A DNA stretch of 64,000 nucleotides from Herpetosiphon aurantiacus DSM 785 (GCA_000018565.1 CP000875.1:377199-441198), one strand, 5' to 3'; shown: positions 48,268-59,149, counted from the first letter of the stretch. Notes: generated by a model not told the origin, from the sequence alone. Numbers and translations: made by a program.

Positions 48268-49377
48268 ATGCGCTTAACTCGCCGTTTATTGCTCAAAAGT
48301 GTATTAATTAGTGTGATTTGCGGTGTAGCGCTGCTGCAATTATATCGTCAGCGTGTGCCACCAGCCTTTAATTTGCCTGCCGCTGCTAGTGTGCGAACCC
48401 AGCACCCAATCGTTGGCGTTCATACCCGCTTGATGGGCTTGGATGAACCAACGATTCGCCGAACCTTGCAGCAGGTACGCGAAATGGGCGCAACCACGAT
48501 TATTGATTTGTTTCCGTGGGCCGTGATTCAGCCACGTTCAGCCAATAGCTACGAGTGGACGGGCAGCGATATGCTGATTGCCCATGCCCAACGCCAAGGT
48601 CTGACCGTAATCGCTCGTTTGGATTTTGTGCCAGCTTGGGCACGTCCTGCCAACACCAGTGATCGCTATCTCGACCCTGATCACTATGCGGCCTACGCTG
48701 ATTTTGTGGTGGCGTTTGCCCAACGCTATGTGCCGCAAGGCGTGCAGGTATTGCAAATTTGGAACGAGCCAAATCTACGCTTTGAATGGGGCGATCGTGC
48801 GCCTGATCCGGTGGCCTATGCTAATTTGTTGAAAGTTGTCTATCCGCGGGTCAAAGCAGTTGCCCCCGAAGCGCTCATTACCTTGGCTGGGCTTGCCCCA
48901 GGTGGCCCAACTGGCCTGATCGATCCGCAAACACTGAGCGTCAATGATTTGACCTTTCTTAAATTGTGTTTAGCTGAAAAACCGCCCTTTGATGCAGTTT
49001 CGGTGCATGCCTATGGCTCGATTAATCCCGCTGAGCAAGCGCCAGATCTCACAATTACTAACTTTCGGCGCACTGAATTAATTTACGATTTGGTGCTAGC
49101 GGCGGGCTACGAGGTACCGTTTTATATCACCGAGGGCGGCTGGAACGATCACGCCCGTTGGCCAAACGCCGTGTCACCACCAATCCGTGTGCAAAATACG
49201 CTTGCTGCGTATGCTTGGGCTGAGCAACACTGGCCATGGATGCACACTGTGGGCTTTTGGCAATTTTCATTACCCAATCTTACCTACACCTATGCCGATA
49301 ACTACACCTTTGTCGCGCCCGATGGCACACCCAAGGCGATTTATTATGCAGTGCAAGCATTTACCCAACAACCCTAG
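48268..49377 (+). CDS. Membrane-anchored glycoside hydrolase, GH5-like (beta/alpha)8 barrel
   Basis: N-terminal TM anchor. 'LQIWNEPN' (acid/base Glu in NEP) and 'YITEGGW' (nucleophile Glu) spaced as in clan GH-A enzymes. Confidence 0.65.
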   Translation: MRLTRRLLLKSVLISVICGVALLQLYRQRVPPAFNLPAAASVRTQHPIVGVHTRLMGLDEPTIRRTLQQVREMGATTIIDLFPWAVIQPRSANSYEWTGSDMLIAHAQRQGLTVIARLDFVPAWARPANTSDRYLDPDHYAAYADFVVAFAQRYVPQGVQVLQIWNEPNLRFEWGDRAPDPVAYANLLKVVYPRVKAVAPEALITLAGLAPGGPTGLIDPQTLSVNDLTFLKLCLAEKPPFDAVSVHAYGSINPAEQAPDLTITNFRRTELIYDLVLAAGYEVPFYITEGGWNDHARWPNAVSPPIRVQNTLAAYAWAEQHWPWMHTVGFWQFSLPNLTYTYADNYTFVAPDGTPKAIYYAVQAFTQQP

Positions 49378-49448
49378 AAATTCTTCCTTATAGCAATAAT
49401 ACTTTTAATCTATCTTCAATTGTATTGCAATCCAAATGGTCAAATTTA

Positions 49449-49509
49449 GGGGGTGCAGGGGGATGAAAACACCCTGCGTTTCCCTCCAGCGGAGGGACGG
49501 AAGGGTGGC
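49449..49509 (+). repeat. Two-hairpin structured repeat element (copy 2)
   Basis: gggggtgcagggggatgaaaacaccctgcg + tccctcc-agc-ggaggga + cggaagggtgg. Stem 2 differs from copy 1 by a compensating G:C to T:A pair. Confidence 0.7.
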
Positions 49510-49560
49510 GAAATAAAATCTAGGCTTATAAATAGATGTCGATAACAGCGCTTAAATTGC

Positions 49561-49589
49561 TTGACATAGCCTCAAGATTTCTTTATACT
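49561..49589 (+). promoter_or_regulatory. Strong sigma-70-type promoter of the FadR-family regulator operon
   Basis: TTGACA (49561-49566), 17-nt spacer, TATACT (49584-49589). Confidence 0.6.
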
Positions 49590-49597
49590 CGACTGGT

Positions 49598-49614
49598 AAG
49601 TGGTCTGACCAGTT
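49598..49614 (+). promoter_or_regulatory. FadR-box-like palindromic operator (AAGTGGTCTGACCAGTT)
   Basis: Differs from the E. coli FadR consensus AACTGGTCNGACCAGTT at one position. Sits between the -10 and the start codon of a FadR-subfamily GntR gene. Confidence 0.55.
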
Positions 49615-49621
49615 GGTGAAT

Positions 49622-50329
49622 ATGAGCGAATTACAACGACCAGCATCGTATTGCGAACAACAATTGATCAAACGAATTATTGGTGGTAGTTATGCCGCAG
49701 GTAGCAGCCTGCCCAGCGAACGTGAGCTAGCAGTCCAGTTGGGAGTCACGCGGCCAACCCTGCGCGAAGCGATTCAACGCTTGGCTCGCGATGGCTGGCT
49801 TGTCGTGCAACAAGGCAAGCCGACAATGGTTTGCAATATTTGGCATGATGGCGGCTTGGGCGTATTGCGCAGTTTGGTGCAATATAGCACTGAGCTGCCA
49901 GCCCAAATTGTGCCGCAACTACTAGCGGTGCGCCTCGATTTAGCGCCAAGTTACACCGCCATGGCGATCGAACATCACGCCGAAGCGATTGCGGCCTTAT
50001 TACAAACCGCCCTGCCATTGGCTGATAACGCGGCGGCCTACGCTCAATTCGATTGGCAATTACAGCATCAATTAACGATCGCTTCGACAAACCCAATTTA
50101 TACCTTGATTTTAAATGGCTTTCGTGGCTTCTACCAAATGATGGCCTTGGATTATTTTGAGCTAGCGCAGGCCCGCGAACATTCGGCGGCCTTTTATCGC
50201 ACCCTGTTACAAGCTGCCCAAACTCGCGATGCCGATTTAGCTCGCCAAGCCAGCCAATTCGCCATGCAGCAGAGCATCGAAGTTTGGCAATTGTTAGCCG
50301 CGAATATCAATAATACACAAAGGGGATAA
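49622..50329 (+). CDS. GntR family transcriptional regulator, FadR (FCD) subfamily
   Basis: N-terminal winged HTH 'LPSERELAVQLGVTRPTLREAIQRL'. C-terminal all-helical FCD-like domain. Start at the ATG at 49622 (the ORF-track GTG at 49613 lies inside the operator). Confidence 0.8.
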   Translation: MSELQRPASYCEQQLIKRIIGGSYAAGSSLPSERELAVQLGVTRPTLREAIQRLARDGWLVVQQGKPTMVCNIWHDGGLGVLRSLVQYSTELPAQIVPQLLAVRLDLAPSYTAMAIEHHAEAIAALLQTALPLADNAAAYAQFDWQLQHQLTIASTNPIYTLILNGFRGFYQMMALDYFELAQAREHSAAFYRTLLQAAQTRDADLARQASQFAMQQSIEVWQLLAANINNTQRG

Positions 50330-50330
50330 T

Positions 50331-51932
50331 ATGCGCCGTTGGAATGGTTGGGGCGACGAGAGCAAAGAGTATCCGGTTAAAGCCGGCATTTTAGGCTTGC
50401 TCAAGCAATTAATTGGTGCTGGCACGGCTCCCAGTGATGTTCGTTTGGCCGAGATTGTTGCCCAAGTTCCAGCATCACGCTTGCCACACCACGAATTGAT
50501 CAGCACCGATCCTGAGTTGCGGATTCGCCATGCTCGTGGTCAGAGTTTCGCCGATTTGGTGGCTACCCGCAGCGGCGAGCTAGGCCAAATTCCCGATGGC
50601 GTGGCGTTTCCCCAATCCAGCCAAGCAGTTCGCGAATTGATCGATTGGGCTAGCGACAACAATGTTAGCCTGATTCCCTATGGCGGTGGAACCAGCGTTG
50701 CGGGGCATATTAATCCCGTTGCTGGCGAGCGACCCATTTTAACTGTCAGCCTTGCCAAACTTAATCGGCTGATGGAAATCAATCCAACTGCGCGGCTAGC
50801 TCGCTTTGGCGCTGGAATCAAAGGTCCAGATCTCGAAGCCCAATTACGGGCTTTGGGCTTTACGCTGGGCCATTTTCCCCAATCGTTTGAGCTTTCGACG
50901 CTGGGCGGCTGGATTGCAACCCGCTCTAGTGGCCAGCAATCGCTTGGTTTTGGGCGGATTGAACAACTTTGGGCAGGCGGGCGGGTTGAAACACCCCGAG
51001 GCTCGTTAGAATTAGCGCCCTTTCCGGCTTCGGCGGCTGGCCCTGACCTGCGTGAAATGCTGCTTGGCTCAGAAGGTCGTTATGGCATTATCACCGAAGT
51101 CACTGTGCGAATCCGCCCAATTCCTGAGCTTGATGTAGTCCATGCGATCTTTTTTGCAAATTGGGAGCAAGCCCAAACTGCCGCGCGAACAATCGCCCAA
51201 GCCAACCTACCATTGGGCATGTTGCGGCTTAGCACGCCCACCGAAACCATGACCAACCTTGCCTTGGCTGGCCATGAGCGGGTGATTGGTTTGCTCGAAG
51301 GCTTTTTGAAATTGCGTGGGGTTGGCAGCGAAAAATGTCTGCTGTTGGTTGGCTTTATTGGCAGCCAAGCTCAAGTGAAGCTCAGTCGTCAAGCGGTGTT
51401 GAGCTTGATGCGTCGGCATGGCGGCGTTCACATCGGCCAAAGCTTTGGCAAAGCTTGGCAGGCTGGGCGCTTTCGTGCGCCGTATCTACGCAATCGGCTG
51501 TGGGAGTTGGGCTATGGCGTGGATACGGTCGAAACCGCCACGACATGGGAGAATGTTACGCCATTGTTGAATAGATTGGAACATAGCTTGCGCCATGGAT
51601 TAGCGGCTGAGCACGAACAGGTGCATGTGTTCACCCATCTTTCACATTTTTACCCAACTGGCTCAAGCATCTACACAACCTATGCTTTTCGGCTAGGCAA
51701 CGATGCGCAGGCAACTTTAGCCCGTTGGCACGCCTTGAAAACCGCTGCAAGCCAAGCAATTGTGGCCGCAGGCGGCACGATTAGCCATCAACATGGCGTG
51801 GGGCTTGATCATCGCCCCTATCTCGAAGCTGAAAAAGGCCGCTTAGGAATTGGCGCATTACAACAACTTGGCCAGCATTTCGACCCGCAGGGCTTGCTCA
51901 ATCCCGCCAAATTATACGAGGATGGCCAATGA
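50331..51932 (+). CDS. FAD-linked oxidase, alkyldihydroxyacetonephosphate-synthase (AGPS)/GlcD-like
   Basis: PCMH-type FAD-binding domain 'LIPYGGGTSVAGH'. C-terminal FAD-oxidase_C-like region with 'HQHGVGLDH'. 533 aa. Confidence 0.8.
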   Translation: MRRWNGWGDESKEYPVKAGILGLLKQLIGAGTAPSDVRLAEIVAQVPASRLPHHELISTDPELRIRHARGQSFADLVATRSGELGQIPDGVAFPQSSQAVRELIDWASDNNVSLIPYGGGTSVAGHINPVAGERPILTVSLAKLNRLMEINPTARLARFGAGIKGPDLEAQLRALGFTLGHFPQSFELSTLGGWIATRSSGQQSLGFGRIEQLWAGGRVETPRGSLELAPFPASAAGPDLREMLLGSEGRYGIITEVTVRIRPIPELDVVHAIFFANWEQAQTAARTIAQANLPLGMLRLSTPTETMTNLALAGHERVIGLLEGFLKLRGVGSEKCLLLVGFIGSQAQVKLSRQAVLSLMRRHGGVHIGQSFGKAWQAGRFRAPYLRNRLWELGYGVDTVETATTWENVTPLLNRLEHSLRHGLAAEHEQVHVFTHLSHFYPTGSSIYTTYAFRLGNDAQATLARWHALKTAASQAIVAAGGTISHQHGVGLDHRPYLEAEKGRLGIGALQQLGQHFDPQGLLNPAKLYEDGQ

Positions 51933-53509
51933 ATCCGCAGTTGCAATGGAACGCTGCTTGGCGCGAAACCACTTGGCAAGTGCTCGATCAAGCGTGGGAT
52001 GTGATTATTATTGGCGGTGGAATTACCGGCGCAGGTTTGGTGCGCGAAGCCACGCGCTCAGGCCTCAAAGCGTTGTTGCTTGAAGCCCGCGATTTTGCTT
52101 GGGGAACCTCAAGCCGCTCATCAAAATTAGTGCATGGCGGTTTGCGCTATTTGGCTCAGGGCCAAGTGCGGGTTACCTATGATTCGGTGGTTGAGCGCGA
52201 ACAGCTTTTAAATGAAGCACCTGGTTTAGTTGCCCCATTGGGCTTTTTAATTGGCCTGCCGCAGGGCAAACCAATCAAGCGCTGGGTGTATCAGGCTGGC
52301 TTATTGGCCTACGATGCGCTTGCTCGTCGCCGCGAACAGCATTATCTGAGCATGGCCAATTTGCGGTTACAAGCGCCCTACCTTGCTGATGCCAACTTAG
52401 CGGCTGGCTTGCGCTACAGCGATGCCCAAACCGATGATGCCCGTTTGGTCTTGCGAATTTTGCGTGAAGCAACCGCCGCTGGAGCCTCGGTATTAAATTA
52501 TGCAGCGGTTGAGCAATTAGTTCGTGCAAACGAGCAAGTGGTCGGGGTGGTTGTGCGCGATCAGCTCAGCCAACGCCAGCAAACCCTGACGGCCAAAGCG
52601 ATCGTGAATGCGACGGGTGCTTGGGTCGATCAACTGCGCCAGCAGATTCAAGCGCCAGCCAAAATGCGCCCGTTGCGGGGCAGCCATTTGGTATTTAGTC
52701 AAGCCCAATTACCACTCGCCCAAGCGATCAATTTGGAGCATCCTCGTGATCAGCGGCCAGTCTTTTTTGTGCCATGGGAAGGCGTGAGCATCGTCGGCAC
52801 AACTGATCTTGATCATGAGCAAGATTTATGGCAAGAGCCAAGTATCAGCCCGGCTGAAGTTGCCTATTTGCTTGAAGCTGCCCAAGCCGCTTTTCCAAGT
52901 TTGGATTTGAGTTTGAGCGATGTAATTTCGACCTGGAGTGGCGTGCGACCAGTGGTCGATACGGGAGCCAGCGATCCATCCAAAGAATCACGGGATTATG
53001 TGCTATGGCAAGAGCAAGGCTTATTGACGGTCACAGGTGGTAAATTAACCACCTTTCGCTTGATTGCGCTCGAAGCCTTGAAACTTTTACGCCAACGCTT
53101 GCCTCAGATTAAACGTTGGCCGAACGCCCCGCGATTGAATCCTGCGCCCAGTAGTTTGGCTGGCACACTAGCCCCACGCATCAAACAACGCTTGTTAGGG
53201 CGTTATGCTGCCGAAGCACCCTTGATGCTGCAAGAATTACCCAACCATGAGTTTTGTTCAATCGCCGACTTGCCAAGTTTGTGGGCCGAAATCCGTTGGG
53301 CAGCACGATATGAAGCCGTGACCAATTTAGGTGATTTGCTGTTGCGGCGCAGCCGTTTAGGCCTCTTGTTGCCCCATGGCGCAGCGGAATATCAGGCTCA
53401 AATTCAAGCAATTTGCACTGAAGAATTGGGCTGGGATGCGCAGCACTGGCAAACCGAGTGGCAGCAGTATCAACAGTTAATTGCCCAACACTATAGCTTG
53501 CCAGCTTAA
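51929..53509 (+). CDS. glpD: FAD-dependent glycerol-3-phosphate dehydrogenase (GlpD-like)
   Basis: ATGA overlap with the upstream gene. Dinucleotide-binding 'DVIIIGGGITGAG'. DAO domain plus the C-terminal GlpD-like alpha-helical domain. 526 aa. Confidence 0.8.
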   Translation: MNPQLQWNAAWRETTWQVLDQAWDVIIIGGGITGAGLVREATRSGLKALLLEARDFAWGTSSRSSKLVHGGLRYLAQGQVRVTYDSVVEREQLLNEAPGLVAPLGFLIGLPQGKPIKRWVYQAGLLAYDALARRREQHYLSMANLRLQAPYLADANLAAGLRYSDAQTDDARLVLRILREATAAGASVLNYAAVEQLVRANEQVVGVVVRDQLSQRQQTLTAKAIVNATGAWVDQLRQQIQAPAKMRPLRGSHLVFSQAQLPLAQAINLEHPRDQRPVFFVPWEGVSIVGTTDLDHEQDLWQEPSISPAEVAYLLEAAQAAFPSLDLSLSDVISTWSGVRPVVDTGASDPSKESRDYVLWQEQGLLTVTGGKLTTFRLIALEALKLLRQRLPQIKRWPNAPRLNPAPSSLAGTLAPRIKQRLLGRYAAEAPLMLQELPNHEFCSIADLPSLWAEIRWAARYEAVTNLGDLLLRRSRLGLLLPHGAAEYQAQIQAICTEELGWDAQHWQTEWQQYQQLIAQHYSLPA

Positions 53510-53596
53510 GCTCGTTAACACTTCTCTAATTTGACAATCTCGCCGAGATAGCTATAATTAAATCAAACCTTCTCCTCTCTCTTCTCTCCCACAAGC

Positions 53597-53626
53597 GGCT
53601 CCATTATGCGAGCCGTTTGTGGTTTT
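53597..53626 (+). repeat. 30-bp hairpin repeat ggctccattatgcgagccgtttgtggtttt (terminator-like); an identical copy lies at 55756-55785
   Basis: Stem ggctc / gagcc with loop cattatgc, followed by gtttgtggtttt. Both copies lie just downstream of plus-strand genes. Confidence 0.7.
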
Positions 53627-53676
53627 AGAACCATAACCCTCGATACTTGGTTTTCAGCAAGAACAAAATCTCATTA

Positions 53677-54618
53677 CTAACCACCAGCCATAACAACCGC
53701 ACGCATCCGCGTCGCATCGCGTATTGGCGGCGCTCCAAAAAGGCGTTTGTAGGCACGGGTAAAGTATGCGGCATCATCATAGCCTACCCGAGCACCTACA
53801 CTTGCTGCATCAAGATCTTCGCTCAATAATAAGCGCCGAGCCTCTTGTAGACGCAACTGCTGCTGATACTGACCTGGACTCATCGCGGTCACCGCCTTAA
53901 AGTGGCTGTGGAACCCAGAGACACTCATTCCTACTGCCTGTGCTAGATCAGGAATCCTAAGCGGCTGATGAAAATCACGCTGAATTTGGGCAAGCGCACC
54001 CATGATCCGATGTTCCGCTCCTCCGATGATTGCAATCTGACGCAGCCGCATACCTTGTTCGCTCATCAAGAGCCGATAAACCAGTTCCCGCATAATCAGC
54101 GGCCCCAAAACCTGCGCGTCGCGAGAGCTATTGAATAACCGGACAAGCCGTACCACCACATCCATAAATTCTCCATCCAGCGAACTTACTGCAAGTGCTC
54201 GCACCGATGCTTGACTTGCTACCGGCGTTACTCCCACCTCGGCCATAACCGAGCTAATAAGAGCTGGGGACAGTGCAAACCGAAGACTCAGATATGGTGC
54301 TTCTGGCGTGGCCTCCGTAATTTGACCAACGACGGGCAGCGCCGCCGTGGTGAGCAAGTAGTGGGCTGGATCATAGTGATACTGGTCGGCAGCTAATAGC
54401 ACCATCTTCCGCCCTTGAACAATCACGCAAAAGGCAGGAACAGTTACCCCATGAATTGGCTCCGTTGGGCCAGAAACACGGTAGACATGTACTCCAGGCA
54501 GCGGTTCAATCATTCCATCGGATGGAAGAATGTGGGCGATCCGTGTGCTGATCTCAGCGTAGTTGGCAGCCCTATGCTGGCGCTCCCAAGCAGTTTGGTG
54601 TTCTTGAGTCATCGGCAT
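53677..54618 (-). CDS. AraC family transcriptional regulator
   Basis: N-terminal cupin/AraC-binding-like domain. C-terminal dual HTH 'AAYFTRAYKRLFGAPP'. GAGGTG RBS. Confidence 0.8.
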   Translation of the reverse strand: MPMTQEHQTAWERQHRAANYAEISTRIAHILPSDGMIEPLPGVHVYRVSGPTEPIHGVTVPAFCVIVQGRKMVLLAADQYHYDPAHYLLTTAALPVVGQITEATPEAPYLSLRFALSPALISSVMAEVGVTPVASQASVRALAVSSLDGEFMDVVVRLVRLFNSSRDAQVLGPLIMRELVYRLLMSEQGMRLRQIAIIGGAEHRIMGALAQIQRDFHQPLRIPDLAQAVGMSVSGFHSHFKAVTAMSPGQYQQQLRLQEARRLLLSEDLDAASVGARVGYDDAAYFTRAYKRLFGAPPIRDATRMRAVVMAGG

Positions 54619-54805
54619 AATTACACCTCGCTGTGTGGCTTCTATCTTTTAGGTATAGTCTGGAGAATTGTCCAATAATTGACGACAATCATCATACCAT
54701 ATGCAGCTTGTATACGCCTATACTTAGTTATGGCACGAAGTAGGCTGATCCAGCGCTCTAGAGAATCGGACAAGTAGGCGCGATTCGTGCTTTTTCAATA
54801 GCTAA

Positions 54806-55678
<873 letters not shown>

Positions 55679-55755
55679 AATACTAATCACATCCAACATC
55701 CTCACAGCATTTGGTGGCAACTGCACCAGAATATTCGATCTGCTCGTCTACAAGT

Positions 55756-55785
55756 GGCTCCATTATGCGAGCCGTTTGTGGTTTT
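55756..55785 (+). repeat. Second copy of the 30-bp hairpin repeat
   Basis: Identical 30-mer to 53597-53626. Confidence 0.7.
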
Positions 55786-55921
55786 AGGCGATTTTCCTCA
55801 AGCACGAACCAAAAAAGTAATCAAATTCATGTTCCTTGACGCTAGCTATAGATTGTGATATTTATAACATAGTCACTAGACGAACAGTTTTCGTTTAGGG
55901 CTGGCGTATGAGGGGGTGCTC

Positions 55922-57175
55922 ATGGATATTAGCATCATCAGTTATGGTTCGCGCGGCGATGTTCAACCATTTGTAGCGATTGCACGGGCATTACGCCATG
56001 TAGGGCATCAAGTTCAACTGATTGGCCCAGCCAATTTTGCTGCGCTAAGCCACGATGCAGGCGTGCCGTTCGTTTCGGTTGGAGTTGATATTCAAGCCTA
56101 TTTACGTGAACGCATCGCTAGCTTATCTGGCTCGCGCAATGTGATAGGGCTGCTCAAAAGCCTGCGTAACGAACTAAACGAATTGATTGAAGGAATTGCC
56201 CAAGAAACATTGCAAGCCTGTCAAGGAACCGATCTGATTCTTGGGACTGGCCCCCAGACTGCTAGTTTTGCTGAACGACTGGGGGTTCCATTTATTGAAG
56301 CAGTGCTCCAACCGCTAACCCCCACCCGCGCCTATCCCTCGCCAATTGCCCCGGCGTGGCTCCAACTTGGCGGATTCGCCAACTATCTCACGCATCTTGG
56401 TTTTGAGCAGATTTTTTGGCAGATCTTTCGGCCTACGGTTAATCGAGTTCGCAGCCATGTGCTTGGCTTACCATCCTATGGCTTTACCAGCCCGTTTGGC
56501 AAAATCCGCGAGCAGGTTCCGTTGCGGCTACACGCCTATAGTGACTATGTTATGCCAAGGCCAAACGATTGGGCCAAGCAACATCAGGTCACAGGCTTTT
56601 GGTTTCTGCCAGCACCAGCCGATTGGTCGCCACCAGCTGAGCTATGCGCCTTTCTGGCAGCTGGGCCGGCTCCAATTTATATCGGCTTTGGCAGTATGAT
56701 GGGCGGTGATCCACAACAATTAACCAGCATTGTGAAAGAAGCCTTAGCTCGCTCTGGCCAACGGGGAATTTTGGCTGGCGGTTGGGGTGCATTAGCCGAA
56801 ACCTCAGCGCCAAGCGATCACTTATGCTTTGTTGAAAGCGTGCCGCATCAATGGCTTTTCCCGCAAACAGCGGCAATTGTGCATCATGGCGGTGCTGGCA
56901 CCACTGGCGCAGCCTTACGCAGTGGCCGACCGTCAATCGTTGTGCCCTTTGCCTTCGATCAGACTTTCTGGGGGCGACGGGTGGCTGAGCTAGGCGTGGG
57001 CACTGCACCCATCGCACGTTCGCAAATCACGGTCGATCGGCTGACAGCAGCGATCAATCAGGTAACAACCCAAACCGCAATTCGTGAACAAGCAGCCCAG
57101 CTTGGCAGCCAAATTCAGCAAGAATACGGCACAGCCCAAGCGATTGACCATATTCATCGCGTATTTCGCCATTAA
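55922..57175 (+). CDS. GT1-family glycosyltransferase (UDP-glycosyltransferase/MGT-like)
   Basis: N-terminal 'ISYGSRGDVQPF' and C-terminal UDP-sugar-binding 'HHGGAGTTGAALRSGRPSIVVPFAFDQ' (GT-B PSPG-like). ATG at 55922 with GAGGGGG RBS. Confidence 0.8.
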   Translation: MDISIISYGSRGDVQPFVAIARALRHVGHQVQLIGPANFAALSHDAGVPFVSVGVDIQAYLRERIASLSGSRNVIGLLKSLRNELNELIEGIAQETLQACQGTDLILGTGPQTASFAERLGVPFIEAVLQPLTPTRAYPSPIAPAWLQLGGFANYLTHLGFEQIFWQIFRPTVNRVRSHVLGLPSYGFTSPFGKIREQVPLRLHAYSDYVMPRPNDWAKQHQVTGFWFLPAPADWSPPAELCAFLAAGPAPIYIGFGSMMGGDPQQLTSIVKEALARSGQRGILAGGWGALAETSAPSDHLCFVESVPHQWLFPQTAAIVHHGGAGTTGAALRSGRPSIVVPFAFDQTFWGRRVAELGVGTAPIARSQITVDRLTAAINQVTTQTAIREQAAQLGSQIQQEYGTAQAIDHIHRVFRH

Positions 57176-57283
57176 TGTGGCAATAGTTGGGCTGTTGTGA
57201 GCAGGTTGAAGCAATAAAGGCTATTGGCTCGCGGAATCCATGGTGATAGGTTGATGATTGATCGAAAGCCAATAGCTAATAGC

Positions 57284-58147
57284 CTATTTATTTTTGCGCA
57301 CACCTGTGAAGCCGAGCGCACCTGGGCCAATGTGAGTGCCCACGACCGCGCCAATTTCGGCCAACACAATTCGATCGGCGGGGAAAATCTCGTTGAGGCT
57401 TTGGGCAAATTCGCGGGCTTCAGCTTCGTTACGCGAATACAGCACCGCTAATTCTTCAAACGGAGCCATGCTGCGAGCTTCTTCGATCAAGCGGGCCACA
57501 GCTTTTTTCTTGCTGCGCACTTGCTCGAACGGTTTTACCTCGCCATCACGCACATCGATAATCGGCTTAACATTGAGCAAGGTACCAAGTAAAGCGCGGG
57601 TTTTGCCAATGCGGCCACCTTTTTCGAGGTAGCGCAAGGTATCCAAGGCTGCCAACAAGCGGGTGCGCTCGACGATACTATGCACTAAGGCCACAATTTC
57701 GTCAGCCGATTTGCCTTCTTTGGCGGCGCGAGCAGCTAATAAGGCAGCCCAACCTTGCGACATAGTGGTGCTTTGCACATCGATCACCCGAATATCAAAA
57801 TCGGGCAATAATTCGGCTGCTTGCTGGGCTGAGCGAATTGTGCCGCTCAATTTGCCAGCAATATGAATCGAGATAATTGGCTCATCGTTGCCAATTGCCC
57901 GATACAATTGCTCGAACGCACCAACTGAGGGCTGCGAGGTTGTCGGCAAATTATTGCTTTCAACCAGGCGGGCATAAAATTGATCATGGGTAATTTCCAC
58001 GCCATCGGCAAACGATTCGGCATCGAAATTAACCGTCAATGGAATCACATGAATGTCGTTTTCTGCTGCCAAACCAGCGGGAATATCAGCAGTGCTGTCG
58101 GTTACAATAATCGCCACTTGGCCTCCTTCTGGCATTATTCCAGCCAC
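57284..58147 (-). CDS. fakB: DegV-family fatty-acid-binding protein (FakB-like)
   Basis: 'VAIIVTDSTADIP' DegV N-terminal signature and length. A GTG at 58117 preceded by GAAGGAGG may be the true start. Confidence 0.8.
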   Translation of the reverse strand: MAGIMPEGGQVAIIVTDSTADIPAGLAAENDIHVIPLTVNFDAESFADGVEITHDQFYARLVESNNLPTTSQPSVGAFEQLYRAIGNDEPIISIHIAGKLSGTIRSAQQAAELLPDFDIRVIDVQSTTMSQGWAALLAARAAKEGKSADEIVALVHSIVERTRLLAALDTLRYLEKGGRIGKTRALLGTLLNVKPIIDVRDGEVKPFEQVRSKKKAVARLIEEARSMAPFEELAVLYSRNEAEAREFAQSLNEIFPADRIVLAEIGAVVGTHIGPGALGFTGVRKNK

Positions 58148-58300
58148 ATTCTTACGAGCAACATTCGGCCAATTGGCAAAGCATTGCTCGTTTAGGGAAT
58201 AGCTACCCCACGCAGCCGTATAATAGCCGAAAATGGCGCTGCGTGGGGTGTTGCTTTTGGTTTATTCAAGGGTTGATTGCTGGGCAGATTCGGCGCTGGG

Positions 58301-59149
58301 CTATTCCATGCCTTCGTAGACCACCACACCCATGGCATTTGGCCCAAGGTGCGCCCCAAGTGCCGGCCCATATTCCACAATCATAACTTGATCACGCGGA
58401 TAGATTGGATCGATCTTTTCGAGCAATTTCTCAACATCATCGGGCGTGGTGCTATGCATAATTGCTACTTGTTCGACCTTGGGGAAATCTTCAATAAAGG
58501 TAAATAAGCCTTCGATCGCTTTGGCTCGGGTGCGGGTGCGATCGTAGGGCACAATTTCACCATCATCAAGAATCAACAACGGCTTGATCCGTTGCATTGA
58601 GCCAAGCATGGCTGAGGCTTGGGATAACCGTCCGCTGCGTTCGAGATAATCAATTGAATCAACAAAAAACACCACATGAGTCAATTGAATAGTTTGCATG
58701 ACAACGCGATGCACTTCATCAATTGAGGCTCCGTCGAGCGCTGCCCGCGCTGCGGCGATTGCCACCATGCCCAAGCCCAGCGAAGTCGAGGTACTATCAA
58801 TCACCTCAACGCGGGTCAGCGAAGCTGGCAATTTATCGCGGGCAATCGTCGCCGATTTAACCACGCCACCGAATCGATTCGACAAGTGAATTGAAAATAC
58901 CCCGTCATATTCACGGGAAAATTGACGATAATACTGTTCAAACACTCCTGGTGCTGGTGCGGTCGTATAAGGATACGGCCCACCCTCGGCCATCCGCCGA
59001 TAAAACTGCTCGTTGCTAATGTCGATTCCAGCTCGCAACGTCTGATCACCAAAATGCACATAGATAGGAATAACGGTGATATTCAGCTCTTGTGCAAGTG
59101 CTGGTGGAATATCAGCAGTGCTATCGGTAATAATCTTTACTCGCGCCAT
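58301..59149 (-). CDS. fakB: DegV-family fatty-acid-binding protein (second FakB-like paralog)
   Basis: 'VKIITDSTADIP' signature. Start moved to MARVK (59149) from the ORF-track 59197. Confidence 0.75.
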   Translation of the reverse strand: MARVKIITDSTADIPPALAQELNITVIPIYVHFGDQTLRAGIDISNEQFYRRMAEGGPYPYTTAPAPGVFEQYYRQFSREYDGVFSIHLSNRFGGVVKSATIARDKLPASLTRVEVIDSTSTSLGLGMVAIAAARAALDGASIDEVHRVVMQTIQLTHVVFFVDSIDYLERSGRLSQASAMLGSMQRIKPLLILDDGEIVPYDRTRTRAKAIEGLFTFIEDFPKVEQVAIMHSTTPDDVEKLLEKIDPIYPRDQVMIVEYGPALGAHLGPNAMGVVVYEGME

